A DNA stretch of 63,480 nucleotides, filler included, from Pelomyxa schiedti (Eukaryota > Protista > Evosea): the NCBI GenBank assembly GCA_020536535.1. It is 10 parts of 10 records of this genome, joined end to end, with 100 filler letters (N's around TTAATTAATTAA, not from the genome) between each part and the next. Parts side by side here need not be neighbours in the genome. Positions count along the whole stretch, not along the records: positions 15,428 to 26,297 come from JAHLWZ010000668.1; positions 26,398 to 30,159 come from JAHLWZ010001690.1; positions 30,260 to 32,041 come from JAHLWZ010002277.1; positions 32,142 to 56,168 come from JAHLWZ010000718.1; 6 more parts are not named here. One strand, written 5' to 3'. The notes beneath the pieces are model-generated. The model worked only from the letters and a program-made list of their open reading frames with translations. It did not search any database and was not told the DNA's origin. Below, in pieces: positions 23,127-35,581 of the stretch (positions are counted from its first letter, which is position 1; each line of letters opens with the position of its first letter). Position numbers and translations under genes: made by a program.

Positions 23127-26054
23127 CTAGAAACAAAATCTATAACCACATACTGTACACTCACAACAAAAGAGCAGAACATATGGTGCTAGTTCAGGCA
23201 CTATCTTGAATAGGTAAACACCACTTGTCGGTGGTTTTCCTCCCCACCTAAGGGATACTATGATCAGGTTTTTTTATTAAGTGGGTGAGAGTGTACCTCC
23301 AAGAGTTAAAGTGGTACCGCGAAAATGCCACCACATTTAGAACAGCCCAGGAATGCTCATAGGCTTCTAATTTACTGCCATTAGTTGTAAATCGCTCAAC
23401 GGGTTTATTGCAAGCCCAACATAGAGTAGAAAAAGGTTCGAATTGATTCATAAACCAGCACCGCCTAAAGGTGAGGTGAGGATGAAGGTAGATTCAACAC
23501 GTTTTTAATAGCGCACTTAAATGCTGGAATCAAGTTGACCATGGGCAATCCTTGGACATCGGGTCTACCTGGTCCAGTTTCCCCATACGAATGATTCAAT
23601 CCCATCCAATAACGGGTTGCCTTCCACTTGGAAACATCTGCAGCGAGAAGAGGGCCATATTTCCAAAGATTGTTCAGGTTGAATAGCCCCTCAACTGTAA
23701 GATTCTTCGAGAGGAAAGAGTTCCAAGATCTGTTTCTGTTGCGTGCGTTTGGCAACTACTGGGAACATAATCTACACACAGCATGCTGCAAGATGCCAGA
23801 TCAGAAGGGGGGAGATAACTGAGAACTCGAAGTAAAGTCCCTCCCGTCAAATCAGTCCCTTGGAAGAATTCAATTGGGGAAAGGGATGCCTCTGGAAGTG
23901 CTGGTCTTTGGCAAAATGAGGAAAGTTCGTCCACCAAAGAAAGATGCCGCGGAAGGATATGTTCTTCAATAAGTTTCCAGTTGCTTCCCTTGGTTTATTA
24001 TAAAATCAGGTTTAGGTGTTTTTTGAATTCCATTACAAAAACGAAAGGTGAGTACCAATTCCGTGATGGCTCTCAGATCTGACTGTGCAACACAGAAGTC
24101 GGAAATGGACCCTGTAGTGAGGATTTGAAGGCCAAATTTCAGAACTCTGAAAGAATGTGCAAGTCGTTTTTGAGCCACTTGTAATAATTGCTCTTTTTTT
24201 TCAGCAACGTGATTTGGAATTTCTTCAAAGATCATCCTTGCCAAACTCAGGAGCCTGTGAGAGGTACTTACAAATTGAGGAACGAGCTTTAGAGGGTCTA
24301 TTGTGGGAGCTGTTGGAGGATTCCCCTTTTTTCATGTGAAGGAGAGTTCATTGTAGTTGGGAATTAACCTTCCAAATATTGTTTGCTGGAAGAAAAGCTA
24401 CTTCAAGAGCCAATGGTACATTCTCCTCCAGCATAACCTTCGTTCACAAATAAAGTACTTTCATAAGTTGTAGAGGGGTTAAGGCTGACAAACCTGAAAC
24501 GCTTGGCTGCTGAAAAGCCACAATTGAAATTTGCTGTGGGGATTACTAATGTACGCCACTTTGACAGCTTCACTGTGATACAACTTTGAGGGAAGGCACC
24601 AGCCACGCGACACCAGACTATTGAGGTTATTTTCTTCACTCCACTCTATGGGTGCACCAGAGTCAGCGATGCCAATAAAGTCATAGTCAGCATTGCTATC
24701 AGTTTCGGTTGTGGGATTGTAAGCACGTGAGCCAAACAAGAACATCCCACTAACAGAACTTGTCTTCATGGAGATTTTCTCAAAGAAGGTCTCCAACATG
24801 CCTGGTTTTGTACGCAAGTAGGCTTGCCGTTCGTCAGCTTTTCTTTTCTTTCCTCCTGATGAGGAACGTATGTACATTATGGATTTTTATACCTCGACCA
24901 GTTTTCTTTTTTCCTCTTCACTTTCAACATCCTTCCACAATTGCTGCGTTGTTGGATAGTGTTTGAATGCTACTTGAGCGATATCAGTGAGGAGAGCTTG
25001 AAGTGCTTCATCCCCCTCACTCTGCAGTAGATTTACTTCTTTCACCCTTTTCTTGTGTAAGTTGTTCCCTTATCCCACCAGGTTTTTTCCAAGATGGTTG
25101 GGGACTGGAGGATGAGAAGCATGTTGCATAAAAGGCACACACAAAACTGGCTTGCAAGGCTTTATCAAGTTTGCAGCACGTGTGCGTGATTGTGCAGTTG
25201 CCAAATCACATTTGGTCAACAGAATTATAACTGGGATAGTGCCCTGAGTGTAAAAAGAAATTGAACTCAGTGCCCTAAATTGCTTGGTAAGTATTCTTTG
25301 GGGTAGGAAAACCTGAGTGAAGTTGAAATGTCCTCGTCATTTAAACTGAAGCAAAAAACAATGCCGTGTACTCCAGTGGCACGCTTTGCCATTTCAGAGC
25401 GATAGTCTCTATCAATAGTACTATCCAGAAATGTAACCTGAAATTTGTGTGGTTGCAATGGGGAAAAAAAGTTCAGAAAAAAGATACAGGGCAATCCTCA
25501 ATAGTAGTAGTGGCAGGCTCTGCAACTAGAAATGAGTTACAAAAATTCCAGAAAAGCAAAGAAACCAGTATTCTAAAGAAACTACTTACGCCACTTTGCT
25601 GAATCGCGTAGAATTTTATGNNNNNNNNNNNNNNNNNNNNNNNNNNNNNNNNNNNNNNNNNNNNNNNNNNNNNNNNNNNNNNNNNNNNNNNNNNNNNNNN
25701 NNNNNNNNNNNNNNNNNNNNAATAGTAGTAGTGGCAGGCTCTGCAACTAGAAATGAGTTACAAAAATTCCAGAAAAGCAAAGAAACCAGTATTCTAAAGA
25801 AACTACTTACGCCACTTTGCTGAATCGCGTAGAATTTTATGACACAGGGTACTTTTCCCAGCACCTGGTCCCTTTTTTTTTTTAAATCAACCGGGTGCCC
25901 CCTCCAAGAAATTATGGGTGGGGAATGTACATACACCCAACACAAGGAGACGAATATCTGTACCAGGCGGAGGTGCAACCACGGCAGTTCTGTCAAACTT
26001 CTCAGCCACCTCATTGACAGGTACCCCGCCTCCCGCCAACGCTGTTTGCCCCAT
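23127..26054 (-). CDS. Ras-like GTPase + Pol-beta-type (RlaP-like) nucleotidyltransferase + F-box + Cys-rich C-terminus fusion, multi-exon
   Basis: MGQTAL start; IRLLVLG/GPGAGKSTL (P-loop), HGIVFCFSLND, IILLTKCD (G4); MFLFGSRAY...ADYDFIGI (GS..DxD); KRLAHSFRVLKFGLQILTTGSISDF; F-box-like LTGGTLLRVLSYLPPSDLASCSML; CWAC...CTVC. That all exons form one gene is inferred from splice sites and the shared strand. Confidence 0.7.
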
Positions 26055-26397
26055 CACTTTTCTTCGTCGATTTTGACGGTTGGGTGAGAAAACCCGAATC
26101 TAAAAAACTCGCGGTTTTTGGAGGTGAAGGAGATAATCTTAGGGAATGGCTTTGGTAGTAAGATTTTAAAGGCATCTAAGTTCAAGGTACTGTAGCGTTG
26201 GGGTAGATTGGACTTGTGTGGTAACTGAGGCCATGGTAGGATTTTGCACCCCTCATTCACTGTTGATGGTGATCGAGTCGCGAGGTATTCGTAAATGNNN
26301 NNNNNNNNNNNNNNNNNNNNNNNNNNNNNNNNNNNNNNNNNTTAATTAATTAANNNNNNNNNNNNNNNNNNNNNNNNNNNNNNNNNNNNNNNNNNNN

Positions 26398-27843
26398 GAA
26401 CGAAGCAGGGATTCCAATTCCTGTTGATTGTTGAAAAATAATATTGCGGTACAGGAAACTACACACCGTTGCTTCACTTTCATCAGTTCCACTTCCGGCC
26501 AAAGGAGGTTCAACAGCGATTCTGATTTGCGAACATTTGACCAGTAGTTCCAAAAGAGTTTGACTTGCATTTTTCAGTTCTTCCTCTGTGTTGCTTTCAG
26601 AGAGGTTGTTACAAAGGGCATGCTGCAACATTGTGCTGTAGTTGAGGTTAACGGAATTCAACTTCACAGCAGCATCGGCAATATTCTTCCTCTTCTCCTC
26701 GATTTCCGCAATTGTGGTCTGAACAGCAGTAACAGTGTCATGAATGCTGGATAGCCACGAGCAATAAGTCTCGGTTTCTTTCAACGCATTCACCAATCTT
26801 TCTCGAAGTAATTTTTGCTTGTCAAGTGATCCGAGAAGAAGTAGACCCACTTGTTTTCCAGCAGCACTTCTACCGTGTGTGGTTATTGATACCTCAGGGA
26901 TTGGTGACCCACGTTGTTCCGACAGAGATTCACATTCCTTTTCGAGGTGAATAATGCTCTGGCGGTCAAGTTCACCTTTTGCTGTATGCTCTTCTAGCTG
27001 ATGTTGTAAATGCAAATTGTCTGTCACTTGGTTGTGCAGTTGCGTGTTCAGCTGTTCAACCTGATGAATATCGTTAGTCCACTTCTTTTATTATGAATAT
27101 GACCTGTGCTTGCAGTTGTGTTATCTGTTGATTTTGATGATCAATTTGATGTTGCTGCTGTGCCAACTGCTGTATCCGGCTATCAAACTCTGCCTGCAGT
27201 TGCTGGAAATTTTGTTTATGATGTAAAAGTTGCTGAGCGAGGTCCCTGGTTTTTTGTGCCTCAACTTCAGCTAAGTGGTCCTTACATGTGGCTGTGAGGG
27301 TAACACCCCCTGAGGGAAATTTTTGGTGAATAATGAGCTCTCTGTCATTGACTGGGCACCCATCAATTTCGACAGTGTAACGGTCGACCCGTGAAATACA
27401 CTCCGCGAGCAAGTTCTTCACCTTTTTGTTTGTGTTGTCAAATGGAACTGAACACCCATATGCATATGAATTTATGCACCTGGAAATTGGAGTCAAGAGT
27501 AATGTAACCGGACTGCCATTCTTGTCCATTTGGAAGAGTGCACCGTATGAAATAGCCAGGCTGACTTTTCGATCTCAAGGCAAGGTACAGCGTTGATTCC
27601 TTTTGTATGTCGTAATCGCCGAGTGTTCTGTCACCCCCCAATTGCCTTCCTGCAAATATAACTCGCTGTTGATCGGGGGGAATGTGCTCTTTGTCTTATT
27701 TTGATGTGAGAGAGCACTGCGTTACGCATCATCACACATCGCTACATACCGCATATTTTTGCTTTCAGAAGGGCCACACTGTCACTTGGTTGCACATCAA
27801 TCGTTAGCGTCTTGCCCGTCAGTGTTTTGACGAAAATTTGCAT
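26398..27843 (-). CDS. N-terminal ubiquitin-like domain + Gln-rich coiled-coil protein; 3' truncated by the contig end
   Basis: [28 protein letters not shown] / [41 protein letters not shown]. There is no diGly, so it is not cleavable ubiquitin. Long coiled-coil exons follow. Confidence 0.85.
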
Positions 27844-28149
27844 TTTAAACGAAAGATCAATCGCAAACACCGTACAGGTGGCGAGGTGACTTCGCGTCGC
27901 TGTAGTTCTAAGTACGGTTCTAATCACTGATGGATTTCTGGGAAAACTACCGCGAATCTGTTGGGACCCTGAGGGAGATTCAGGCGATTCTAGCGCCTGG
28001 AAAAGGCGGGAACAACACCATCGTAGTTAGCCAAGCAAAAGCTAAAGTAATAAACTCTCAACTCAAACAACCATCAACCCCAGCACACCTCACAGTGTGG
28101 TGGTCACTACCCAAACCCAATCTACCTCAGCACAGTACAAGAGCTTGAT

Positions 28150-28960
28150 TTTAGGACTCCACAAAAGTTAGTGCAGGGTGTAGAGCTGTTTGATTGGCAG
28201 TCATCCTTTTCATTGCTAGAAAGAGCATGACATGTTTGTTCCTGTGGAGCAGTGAAAGCTGACTGAGTCACAGTTAGTTTGCAGGGTGCAAGCAGTTCTG
28301 CTGGTTCCCATCAATTGGCAAGGAACAAAGCAGAAAAAAAGGGTTGGGTTTCAAGTGGTGTCTGTTCTGGGTGGATTTCTTGGGGAAAGGGGTATGTCTC
28401 TTCTTGGGGATCTTAATGTTCAGTGAGAAAAACCCAGGCTATAGCTTCATGGATTTGGTCTGATAATAGTCAAGTAAATCTGCCACTTCTTTGTTGCTTT
28501 TGGTACTGAGGCCTTTTGTGTTGTTTTTGTTGTTCATTGTTTACCACCAGTATTTTAGGGTTCAGATTACTCGCATTGTAATGTTCTATGGAGTGATAAC
28601 AAGGATATGTGTGTTGATTGCTTTGATGGTGTCTTTGAGTTGTTGGAGTTTGAGTGTAGATGCTGTTGTTAACCCCCTCACATTCCATGATAAAACTCGT
28701 AAACTACTCATGATTGATTAGGTTTTAAGGGGGCTGTGAGGGGGCTAAGCCCTGAGTGGTTTGGGTTATGGGGTGTTGGGGGGGGGGAGTTGAAGAGCCA
28801 GAAATTGGTTGGGATGGAGGGGGGGGAGGTATTGAGGCTGTGTTACTTGGATTGTGGTTGGCTGGGTAGTGTAATTAGATGGGGCTGGTGGCCCTGTGGT
28901 TTTTTGGTAATGGTGGAGGTGATCTTTGCAATTGGCTTGGGGCAGTGTTGTTCATCGTGG
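28150..28960 (-). mobile_element. Degenerate non-LTR retrotransposon (LINE) remnant: start of the APE-endonuclease ORF2
   Basis: ATG at 28711 reads MSSLRVLSWNVRGL...INTHILVI, the typical first motif of LINE APE domains, then stops. The sense strand is strongly A/C-skewed. Confidence 0.5.
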
Positions 28961-28967
28961 TTGTTGG

Positions 28968-29822
28968 CTAAACATCTGGTGCATTTAAGTTTTGGGATGT
29001 GCCAGTAGATGGTCTTTCCAGATAAATGTGACCCAAGGTGTCAAACGCATCCACAAACTCCCAAGGCTCCCTGATGTTGAATTGGTCAACCATCCACTTC
29101 ACCAAATCACTGTGCCCCATTGCACACACCCTTTCCAACAGGTCAGAAGACCTAATGTAATCACTGAGTTTAACCTCTAAAGCAACGGCACTGCTGCTTT
29201 CACCCCTGTCACTGCAACCTGGCCACACAATCCCTGGAAAGTGGCCATCAACCAGCTTCTGTGCTACTTCCAAATGACCCCCAAAACACAACCCCCCAAG
29301 CACACGAATGAACTCCTTTTCCGCTCTCCTCCTCCTCATCCTCCTCAGCACAATAACCCTCTCCTCTCCATCACAGCCCTCTCGCTCCCGTCCATCAGCC
29401 GTAGCACCAGTGCTATTCATATCACCGCTTGTGTCCCGGCCCATGTTGTGGCTCTTGATAAGCCAGCTTATACACGACGTGGCCCCGGCATCTGCAGCTG
29501 CGGCGAGTACTTGGTAGTGGCTGTCATAGTGGCTCACGAGTGACGAGCACACCCGCGAAACAAGCGGGAACAGTCCCTCGGCCACGGCGCACAGCCGCGC
29601 GGCGTGCTTGTGGTGGAGGGCGGGCCACTGGTTGCGCGACAGTGGCAGGTGGTGCCGATGGTGCCGCGGTATGAGCCACGGCACCACCCAGTCCCACACT
29701 ATCCGTGACATCGCAACAACACTTTGGGGGGTTGTGCGGTGGTTTGTGGGGTGTGTGCTAGCCGTGGCTGGGTTCGTGAACGCAACTGTGATTGCTGTTG
29801 TGTTGTGGTTGGAGTTGTCCAC
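28968..29822 (-). pseudogene. Orphan family B gene, 3'-truncated
   Basis: SRIVWDWVVPW, VAEGLFPLV, GGLC.GGHL..AQ and GH..LVKW motifs are shared with the family B genes at 39836-42397 and 47335-49678, but it stops at about 284 aa next to the LINE remnant. Confidence 0.65.
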
Positions 29823-30259
29823 TTGTTGGCCTGTGTGGAGAGAAAGGTAAACAAAAATATTTTCTCTATAGAAATATGTTTAAATAATATTTCGTAGGAT
29901 TTTTTTGGAGGACGGAGTGCACGCATACCTTTCATTTCAGAAGAAATATTTCAATAGCAAGGCTTGCTTTCGTGGAAATTGATTACTTAGATGTCGATCA
30001 CGGCGTTTTTTTTTTTTGCTTTTTTACAATGCACTGTTCACGGACTCTTACTTTTCCACTCAGGAAACCAAACGTGAGATCCTGGGGCAGGGGTCTTTTG
30101 TGTTAGTATTCATGAGTAGCTACTGTTCTCGTTGGTGTGTATCATGACGACCGGGAAGANNNNNNNNNNNNNNNNNNNNNNNNNNNNNNNNNNNNNNNNN
30201 NNNTTAATTAATTAANNNNNNNNNNNNNNNNNNNNNNNNNNNNNNNNNNNNNNNNNNNN

Positions 30260-31953
30260 CCAGCCAACGCCAGGTACACTGACACCAACGCCAGCAGCAG
30301 CAGGCTGAACAAGCTCAGGGCGGGGTGCCTGCTGGGGAGGCTTTGGGGGATTTATGGTGGGTGCTGACGGTGGTAACCCAAACGGGAACCAGCCAACGCC
30401 AGGTACACTGACACCAACACCAACAGCATCACCACCAACGCCAGCAGCAGCAGCAGCGGTACTAGTGGTGCCAGTCCCCGGGGGCTGCCGCTGCTGCTGC
30501 CCACTGCTAATCCATGGTTGCGAAGGCATAGGCATCGGCGTAGGCATCATCATTATGGGAGCGGCGTCATCAGCAGCAGGAGATGATGTCACGTGGGGTT
30601 GTGGCTGGGTCTGCGGCTGGGAATGTGACTGTGACTGCGACGGGCCCTGCGCATCCCAGTCCCAGTACAGCGACCCTGGTCTCACAGGGCGGGTCCACGA
30701 CGTCGTAGTCGTCCTGACAGTAGTAGCGGTAGTAGCAGTCGCAGCCTCGGCGGCGGGGGGGGTCCTTGTCGTCGTCCTTGGTGCCTGTGGTTGCGCCTGC
30801 GACGGCGACGGCGTGTGCTGCACTCCCCAGTCCCAGTCGAGCGCCCCGGGCAGCGTTGGGCGGGTCCAAGCATCAGATGTCGGGGTCGCGCTGCTGCTGC
30901 CGTCGTCATCAGCTGGAGTGGCTGCACTGGGAGTGCGTCGTGGCTGGGGCGACGGAGAGGCGGAGAAGGACGAGGAGGATGGGATGCGAAGCAGGGGGGT
31001 CGGCGGCGACGCGGCACGAGAACCATCGGTAGCAGCAGCACGGAGCAGGGCGGCCGGGGTCTCTGTTGTTGTTGTTGTGGCAGTGTCAGCGGCAGCAGCA
31101 GGAGCGAGGCGTGGCCGGGCCACAATGCGAGAGAACAGCTTCCCATCGCGTTGGAAATCAAATGCAAAGAAATTCTCGGGAAGATCAGTCGAGCCGGCCG
31201 GTCTGTTCAACTTAGGAACGATGAATGCTACTCTTTGTCGAAAGACCTGTTGTATGGATCAGTGAGATTACAGCAGGAAGAAACACCCAAACACAGTCAT
31301 TTTGTATCACACAACACACACACCTCGTAAAGCACGTCAGCCACTGCGCCAGCAACCGACTGGGCTGCAACCAAGAACAGAGAGTCCGCCAGCCACGGCG
31401 GCACGTAGTCAACTTCGCGCCCCGGGGCGCAGAACGACTCGTCGTCGGCGGTGACCCAGTAGCACTCATCAGGCAAGGCTCGCCACCACCCCGTGCCGGT
31501 CCCGCTGCCCACAGACCCAAATGGGTTTGGTCCCACAGCATGAGCGGCCGATGACGATGACGGAGATGACGGGGAAAGCGCAGGCGAAGTCAACGACGAC
31601 GAGGGAGACGATGGGCGACGAGAAAGACGACGAGGAGGATGGCCACGTGGAGGAGGAGGAGGAGGAGAAGCCAGCAGCGAGGGGGGGCCTCGTCGGCGTC
31701 GAGGAGGAGCGGGGGCGGGGGCGGGGAGTGTCGAGCACGCGGGGGTGCTGGTCGTGGTCGTCGTGGTCGTGCAAGTCCAGGAGGGGATGCGTGGGCCAGC
31801 CACCGAGCGGATCGCGGCGAGGAGCACCGATGTACGAGGAGGGGACGCGTGGCTCGGCTGCGAAGCTGCGCGGGGGGGTGGTGGCCGGAGAGGCGAAGGC
31901 CCGGGCAACTGGGAGGGTCGCGGGGGTGTAATCGCGTCTGCTGGTCGTGGCAC
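30260..31953 (-). CDS. Low-complexity Pro/Thr/Ala-rich hypothetical protein, spliced, 3' truncated
   Basis: GC-rich ORFs 31297-31953 and 30212-31210 joined through short intron(s); internal repeats WTRP..PG.L.WDW (x2) and GVGVSVPGVGW (x2). Confidence 0.55.
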
Positions 31954-32531
31954 TAGTACTCGCGGGCATGGCCCGGCTGCAAAAAAACGTTAGTCTCGAG
32001 ACGAGGGAAACACCGCAAAAATTGTGGAAGAGATGGTCACCNNNNNNNNNNNNNNNNNNNNNNNNNNNNNNNNNNNNNNNNNNNNTTAATTAATTAANNN
32101 NNNNNNNNNNNNNNNNNNNNNNNNNNNNNNNNNNNNNNNNNGATGCAGCTTGGTCGCGTGCCCGCACGCACCTCACATTCTGGATCATTTTGTTTTCTTT
32201 GCTGCTGTACTCCAGTGATGGATGGATTCTGGGAACGAGTTAACCGATTTTTAAATGGCTCAGCTCCGATGTATCCATCAGACAGGAACGTATCATACGG
32301 TTTGTTTTTTAGGGGTTTCTGACGACAACATACTTTGAGTTATCAATTGACACCAACACAGGCGGCGTGTGTGAAAAAGTGCATGGTGCTGGGTGTCGTT
32401 CTGAACGTAGTGTGTGACCATGTTTTTGTTGGTGGGAGAAAAGACCTTGGGTGCCAGGACACCGTTCTGGAGGTTGGTATGGTTCCATGGTTTCTACTTG
32501 TTTTTTTTTGTTTATAATTCTTGCAGGCTAC

Positions 32532-32903
32532 TTAGAAGTTCTCAGGTAAAAGAGAGTAGGTGCAGTAGATTTTGAACTCCTTCGCACCCAACACAGAGAA
32601 GGATGCAACATGAACTCCAGAGAGTGCGTCCACGCATTTTACCATCTGGTTTCCATTGGTGAACAGAAATCCAGATCCCCAAATGACCTGTTGTTGCTGA
32701 GGTCCATCCCACTCTCGCACCAGCTTGTTTGATCCCGTCTCGAACACACTGAAGTGCGTCACAGGCCTCCCTCTCACTGGGCACTCAACAGCGTAGTGTG
32801 TGTCACCAACTGGTGTCATTTCAGTGTGTAAAATGGTGAGCACTCCACTGGCAACATCCTGAATCACTGTTAATGGTTTCCGATTCAGTTCACCTGTGTG
32901 AAC
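32532..32903 (-). pseudogene. 3' half of a family A gene interrupted by the TIR element
   Basis: VHTGELNRKPLTVIQDVASG...VDALSG continues in frame from ...DKNKRLFV (53363) once the element and one AA copy are removed. Confidence 0.9.
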
Positions 32904-34767
32904 AACACCCTGAAGTCAAATGGGGTCCAGTTTGGCAATTTGGGCCCAAATTGTGGGTTTTGCCCAAATTGGGCACACTTTGGGCACCTCCACCTTGTTG
33001 CTTCCTTGGTCCAGATTGGAGACGTCCTGCTTTTGGGCTCCAATTTGGGGAGAAGAAAAAACGCAAAGTCGATAGGTAATTAGTAAGGAGGTTCCCAACA
33101 GCCAGAAATTCAGCAATGTGTTGCACCTTAGAAGGCACACTCAGTTGAGTTCCTCAATTTTGCGTCGTTGTGGCAGGCCCCAGTCAATGATACCGTACCG
33201 TTCACCTTTCCCCGAAAGGAGAGTTTCTGGGACTACGATCAGTTGCTTTAACAAAGGGAAAAAAAAACAACACGTCGGTGGTGCCTGGAGCCCGGACCAA
33301 GTGACACCCACATGGACAGTGACCGTTGTGTGTGGTTGTTTGTCGTATTTTCCTTAAAAATAAAAATTATTATTTTAATTCGTTTCGTTTTTTCCCTTTG
33401 TGTTGGTTTTTCTTCCACAACCTCGTAGCGACAATGGAAACGAGGTGGGAGTGTCTCAAACCATTTTTTTTTAGGGCCTCTTATTTGTTTTGTGTTGGTT
33501 TGTCTTTAATTTTGAATTTGTTTTAGTTTAATTTTTTTTATTTTGTTATAGTCTTGTTTTAAACTTACTGTTGTTTTCCGTTTGTACCCTTCCCGTAGCC
33601 TTCCTTGGTCCCACTAACATGCCGACCAGACACCCGGAATGATGATGGAGAGCACAGCACTGATTCCAAAGCGGACTTCAGTCGGACCTGGCCCCTGGTA
33701 TGTCCTTAACCATCATTGGCTCCACTAACATGCTGACAGATAACCGGAATGATGGAGCCACAGCTGAATAACATCAAGGTACCTTGTTCTTCTTCTTTCC
33801 AACCCTGCTAACTCCATTTTGCAGGTGTGGATGGCATGGCATACTGTGGCTGGACCTGGCCTCCCTGCCGCTTCCTCACTCCTACATCCTACTGTGTGTG
33901 TGGTATGTTTCGATTTTGTTTTATGTCTCCCTCACTCCAACATAGGGCTCCTTCATGCAGCAACTCAGTCGGACTTAAACTTCAGGTATCTTCTCTGTTT
34001 TTCTTTTTCGAGTTCTCACACTTTCTAACCAGGTGCCGTGGTGGACATGGCGGACCTCAGATGACAGCCTGTCATCACCAAAGTCAATCCCCCTCTCCCT
34101 ATTGTCACCCAACTCAACCAGTATAGGTTTGAACCCAGATTGTCCCAGGTGCTGGTGTTCCCCCCACCTTTTCTACAATTCCCGCACTTTGCACAGTGAC
34201 ACCGGGAGGTGGGCTTTTGGTTTTTTTTTTTTTCCCCTGCAGTCTAACATATTATTCAGGATTGTCAGCGGACTTGCTGACAATATATCACCAAGGTACA
34301 CATCTCTCTTTTTATTATCCCCCACTCAACAATACTAGATGCCAGAACTGATGAATGGAGTGAAGGCGGAAGTCATGTCTTACACCACTTCCCCTCTACA
34401 CCCACGCCCTTTGCTCTTGCGCACCTACACTCCCGCTTGCTTGGCTCCAACACGCCACTCTGCTGGCTGACTTGGAAGTTGGGTAGGTCCCCTTGTTTTT
34501 CCTCTTTCTTCCTCTCACGTTTTCCACAGACTTAAGCCGACACTTTGGAAATTGTTCCAGACCGACTCCAAATTTGGTTTGTGCCCCACTCTAGCCTTCC
34601 CTGATCCCGCTAACATGCCGGCAGATACCCGGAATGATGGAGCCCAGCCATGACAAACAGTGCCGCTTCGAGTTGGGTATGCTTGTTCTTCTACTTTCCA
34701 ACTGCTAACGAAATTGTTCAGGTGAAACATGTGGATGGCAACGGCAAGGCATACTGCAGCCTATGGG

Positions 34768-35581
34768 TCAAATAACTCCAATTTCTTGGTTTTTGACACA
34801 ACGATGCGACAATTTCGATTTTTTGACACAACGCTGTAGATTGTACCATTCTGCGAAATCTGTTAGTAACATGTGGTCCGGAGCCAAGGTTTCCCGCTTT
34901 CGGGGTCGTTTTGGCTGAGGTGCTGTGGCAGTCTCCTTGGGAATGGGTGCCACTTGTGAAGCTGAAGGTCTGTGTTTGCGTGGCTGTTGCTGAGGAACAG
35001 CTTGTGCTTGCTTTTCTTTGATAGAAGCCACAGCTGTTTTTGTTTCCATGTTTCCAGTTTTTGCAGCCCAGTCAGAGATGACTTTCCTTCGTGCATTTGC
35101 AGATGACTTTCCTGCAAGCTGTAGGTCTGTGTCAGTGAGATGCAGTGCAGCTTGTAATGTCAGCAGCAATTCAGAAGAGAAATGAGAAATCCCCAGATAT
35201 GCTATAAACAGTTAAAACAAAAAAAAAACTGTGGTACCTACCCTTTTTTGGTGGTTTTAGCACTGAAGTTGTTGTGGTTGTCACAGAAGGTGGAGTTTGA
35301 GGTCCTTCTTGAATAGCACATGTTGGTAGGAGTTGTATGTCATCATCTCTTAGAGGTGGTGGAGCTATTGGTACCAACACAGCAATAGGAACTGTATGTT
35401 TTGGTGGGGGAAATTGGAATTCCACAAGGAGTAATCTTTTCTCTGGTGAAGCAAGACCATACATTTTATGCAACAACTCAGAAAATAAACTCTGCTCTTC
35501 AGTGACACAAGAATGAAACAACAGCTTTTTTTCAGCTGCTTTCAGCTGGGGATATGACCAATAAGCAGCTGCCCTGAGCAC
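34768..35581 (-). pseudogene. Fragment of an element-internal gene of unknown function, with an inversion breakpoint at its 5' side
   Basis: Two open frames (35171-35581 and 34768-35169) separated by an intron-like segment; 35415-35463 is repeated inverted at 35585-35633. Confidence 0.4.

Noticed and set aside
4368-25841. Direct repeats flanking three N gaps as LTRs or tandem duplications
   Set aside because: All are exactly 121 bp and identical, as expected for k-mer overlaps, so they are best explained as assembly artefacts.
30354-31330. Long plus-strand ORFs (303 aa, 179 aa) and similar antisense ORFs at 49013-49732
   Set aside because: Shadow frames of GC-rich, low-complexity minus-strand genes.
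32920-33050. Short TTGGG-type repeats as a CRISPR array or telomere
   Set aside because: Irregular and degenerate, no cas genes, eukaryotic context; explained as transposon subterminal repeats.
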